NCBI GenBank assembly: GCA_049607525.1
Contig: JBMYWP010000019.1
Coordinates: 1-61,640 of the forward strand
Direction of reading: 5' to 3'
Length of the DNA stretch: 61,640 nucleotides
Source of the DNA: Flavobacteriales bacterium
Lineage (GTDB): Bacteria > Bacteroidota > Bacteroidia > Flavobacteriales > CAJXXR01
The notes beneath the pieces were generated by a model, which saw only the letters and a list, made by a program, of their open reading frames with translations, searched no databases and was not told the origin of the DNA. Position numbers and translations under genes: made by a program. Below, in pieces: positions 60,139 to 61,640 of the stretch (positions within the stretch are counted from its first letter, which is position 1; each line of letters starts with the position of its first letter).

Positions 60139-60783
60139 TTAAACCATTTCTTGAATGTTTGAAATATAATGGATTTTCTTTCTTAACCGCCTTAAATTTT
60201 TAATGGAATCTTTTATTAAACCAAAAGACCATTTCCCAACAACTATTCCGACCACAACACTCAGGACTACATCTATCCACAACCAATTGGTGTAATAAAT
60301 AATGATTAGACCTAAAATGATGGAAACAGATGAAAATGTGTCTGACAACATGTGTAAAAAAGCACTTTTGGTATTGATGTCTTCTACCCCTGATTTTGAT
60401 AAGATAAAAGCCGTTAATAAATTAATAACCAATCCAAAGATGGCCGTATAAAAGGCCATTCCCAAAGTTATTGTATTTGGATGAAGCATATGAATATAGG
60501 CCTCTTGGAAAATAAATCCTGTAAATACCAATAATCCAATACCGTTAATGAGTGCCGCCAAATTCTCGTAATATTCTCCATTTTTCAACCTTGTTGCCAA
60601 TAGTATTGCTATATAAGATACCAATAAAGAGGCGACATGAGATAACATGTGAATGGCATCGCTAAAAAGCATGACGCTTTTTGTGATTTCTGCGTAATAA
60701 AATTCAATAATCATGGCTATTACGTTTATGCAAATAGACCATAAAAGGGCGTTTTGTTTGGTTAAGTTTATGTTTATTTTCAT
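60139..60783 (-). CDS. cation-diffusion-facilitator-like transporter, TM domain only (no C-terminal cytoplasmic domain)
   Basis: 214 aa with 6 TM helices. Motifs SDAIHMLSH (TM2) and HMLSDTFSS (TM5) resemble the CDF HxxxD metal sites. Confidence 0.55.
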   Translation of the reverse strand: MKININLTKQNALLWSICINVIAMIIEFYYAEITKSVMLFSDAIHMLSHVASLLVSYIAILLATRLKNGEYYENLAALINGIGLLVFTGFIFQEAYIHMLHPNTITLGMAFYTAIFGLVINLLTAFILSKSGVEDINTKSAFLHMLSDTFSSVSIILGLIIIYYTNWLWIDVVLSVVVGIVVGKWSFGLIKDSIKNLRRLRKKIHYISNIQEMV

Positions 60784-60851
60784 TGTTTTTGTCTTTTGTT
60801 GATGGAGTGTAATGATTTTGGGATTTTTTTTTGTTTCTTACTTATTATACT

Positions 60852-61046
60852 TCGGCGTTATCACTTGGATTTCACATTTTTGTCTTGAAACAAAAAGTAA
60901 AATAAAAAGTTCAAGACTTACATACAAATAAAACCAGTTCCATTGAATACCCTAAGTTCGGTGAGGTGATCTTCGAACAAGTTCTCAGCTTCCTCAACTC
61001 ACTAAGGCTCTTCTTCGAAAAAACTTTCATTCGTATGAATGTCGTT
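60852..61046. repeat. copy 1 of an approx 195-nt duplicated element (direct repeat with 61359..61557)
   Basis: The blocks TCGGCRTTATCACTTGGATTT and ...CAAGACTTACATACAAATAAAACC...CATTGAATACCCTAAGTTCGGTGAGGTGATCTTCGAACAAGTTCTCAGCTTCCTCAACTC.CTAAGG..CTTCTTCGAAAAA..TTTCATTCGTATGAATGTCGTT are shared, with roughly 90% identity outside a variable hairpin segment. Confidence 0.85.
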
Positions 61047-61358
61047 AAGAAACCTAAATTTTGGAAAATTAGAAAGTCTAAGAAATCTAAACTTTATTAC
61101 TTCCATAAACTTAACGAGTCTTCTACTGTCAAAAATCAGATTTAATGAATGAAAAGACGGAATGGCGTTTCGACGAAGGAGAAAAGGAGCCTGTAGTCTT
61201 GGGAATGAATGATACGCAGGAAAATCATCTTTTTGACTAGATTTTTTTTGTTTCGTTTTTTTTATCAATGAAAAAAAATGAAGAGCCCCAGTGGCTTTAA
61301 CGTCGAAGTATAAAATAAACACAAAGTATTAACAATGAGATCTAGCATTTATAATCCC

Positions 61359-61557
61359 TCGGCATTATCACTTGGATTTTCTTTTTTTCCCTTGATGGAA
61401 AAAAAGAAACAAAAAAAAGATCAAGACTTACATACAAATAAAACCTTCTCCATTGAATACCCTAAGTTCGGTGAGGTGATCTTCGAACAAGTTCTCAGCT
61501 TCCTCAACTCTCTAAGGGGCTTCTTCGAAAAACATTTCATTCGTATGAATGTCGTTT
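61359..61557. repeat. copy 2 of the approx 195-nt duplicated element
   Basis: See copy 1. The ORFs 61002..61322(-) and 61335..61559(+) from the track overlap these repeats and are probably not genes. Confidence 0.85.
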
Positions 61558-61640
61558 GATAGTTAGGAGTTATGAACTATGAGATTTAAGTTTCATTTCT
61601 TTGAAAAACAATCGCTACACCCCTATGGTCCCCTCGAGGG

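Noticed and set aside
61002-61559. ORFs 61002..61322 (-) and 61335..61559 (+) from the six-frame track.
   Set aside because: They overlap the duplicated approx 195-nt elements. The two copies do not preserve a start codon in the same frame, and the sequence shows a hairpin-covariation pattern. They are more likely non-coding repeat DNA than genes.
1-61640. CRISPR arrays, rRNA genes, and integrase or transposase genes.
   Set aside because: Scanned intergenic regions of at least 100 nt. There are no regularly spaced direct repeats with unique spacers, no rRNA-like conserved blocks, and no recombinase or transposase signatures. The gene content is core chromosome.

Overview
This is an AT-rich chromosomal segment with the hallmarks of a Flavobacteriia/Bacteroidota genome. 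It has T9SS type-A and type-B C-terminal sorting domains, a PorP/SprF gene, a short sigmaA-type rpoD, LytS/LytTR two-component pairs, TonB-dependent receptors and the TAnnTTTG -7 promoter motif. About 68 protein-coding genes are supported, and most are core housekeeping genes, with clear Rho-independent terminators after several of them. The core set is priA, CCA-adding enzyme, dapF, fabG, lnt, udk, rpoD, rpe, an RluA-family pseudouridine synthase, pruA (P5C dehydrogenase), rplS, thiH and rlpA. I found no rRNA genes, tRNA genes or CRISPR arrays. The stretches most worth a second look are these. (i) Positions 128-6527 carry a membrane-stress module: PspA/IM30, an NfeD/YqiJ-like protein, a 700-aa flotillin, a YjfI/YbjN-like protein, YbjQ, a four-helix-bundle protein and a PH-like membrane protein, next to an XRE regulator. 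A recurring heptamer, TTATGAG/CTCATAA, decorates this cluster as a perfect (TTATGAG)5 tandem array abutting a start codon, as degenerate tandem copies, and as two 14-bp inverted repeats with roughly 30-nt spacers. (ii) A small-membrane-protein gene upstream of dapF looks frameshifted at a T6 run. (iii) Two paralogous LytS/LytTR systems sit mirror-wise around a TonB-dependent receptor and a beta-lactamase-fold protein whose SxxK catalytic motif is replaced. (iv) A roughly 195-nt element is duplicated at the 3' end of the window, with what looks like a co-varying hairpin, and GC-rich palindrome motifs are shared between the two ends of the window. All functional assignments rest on motif recognition and translation by eye. 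No database search was run.
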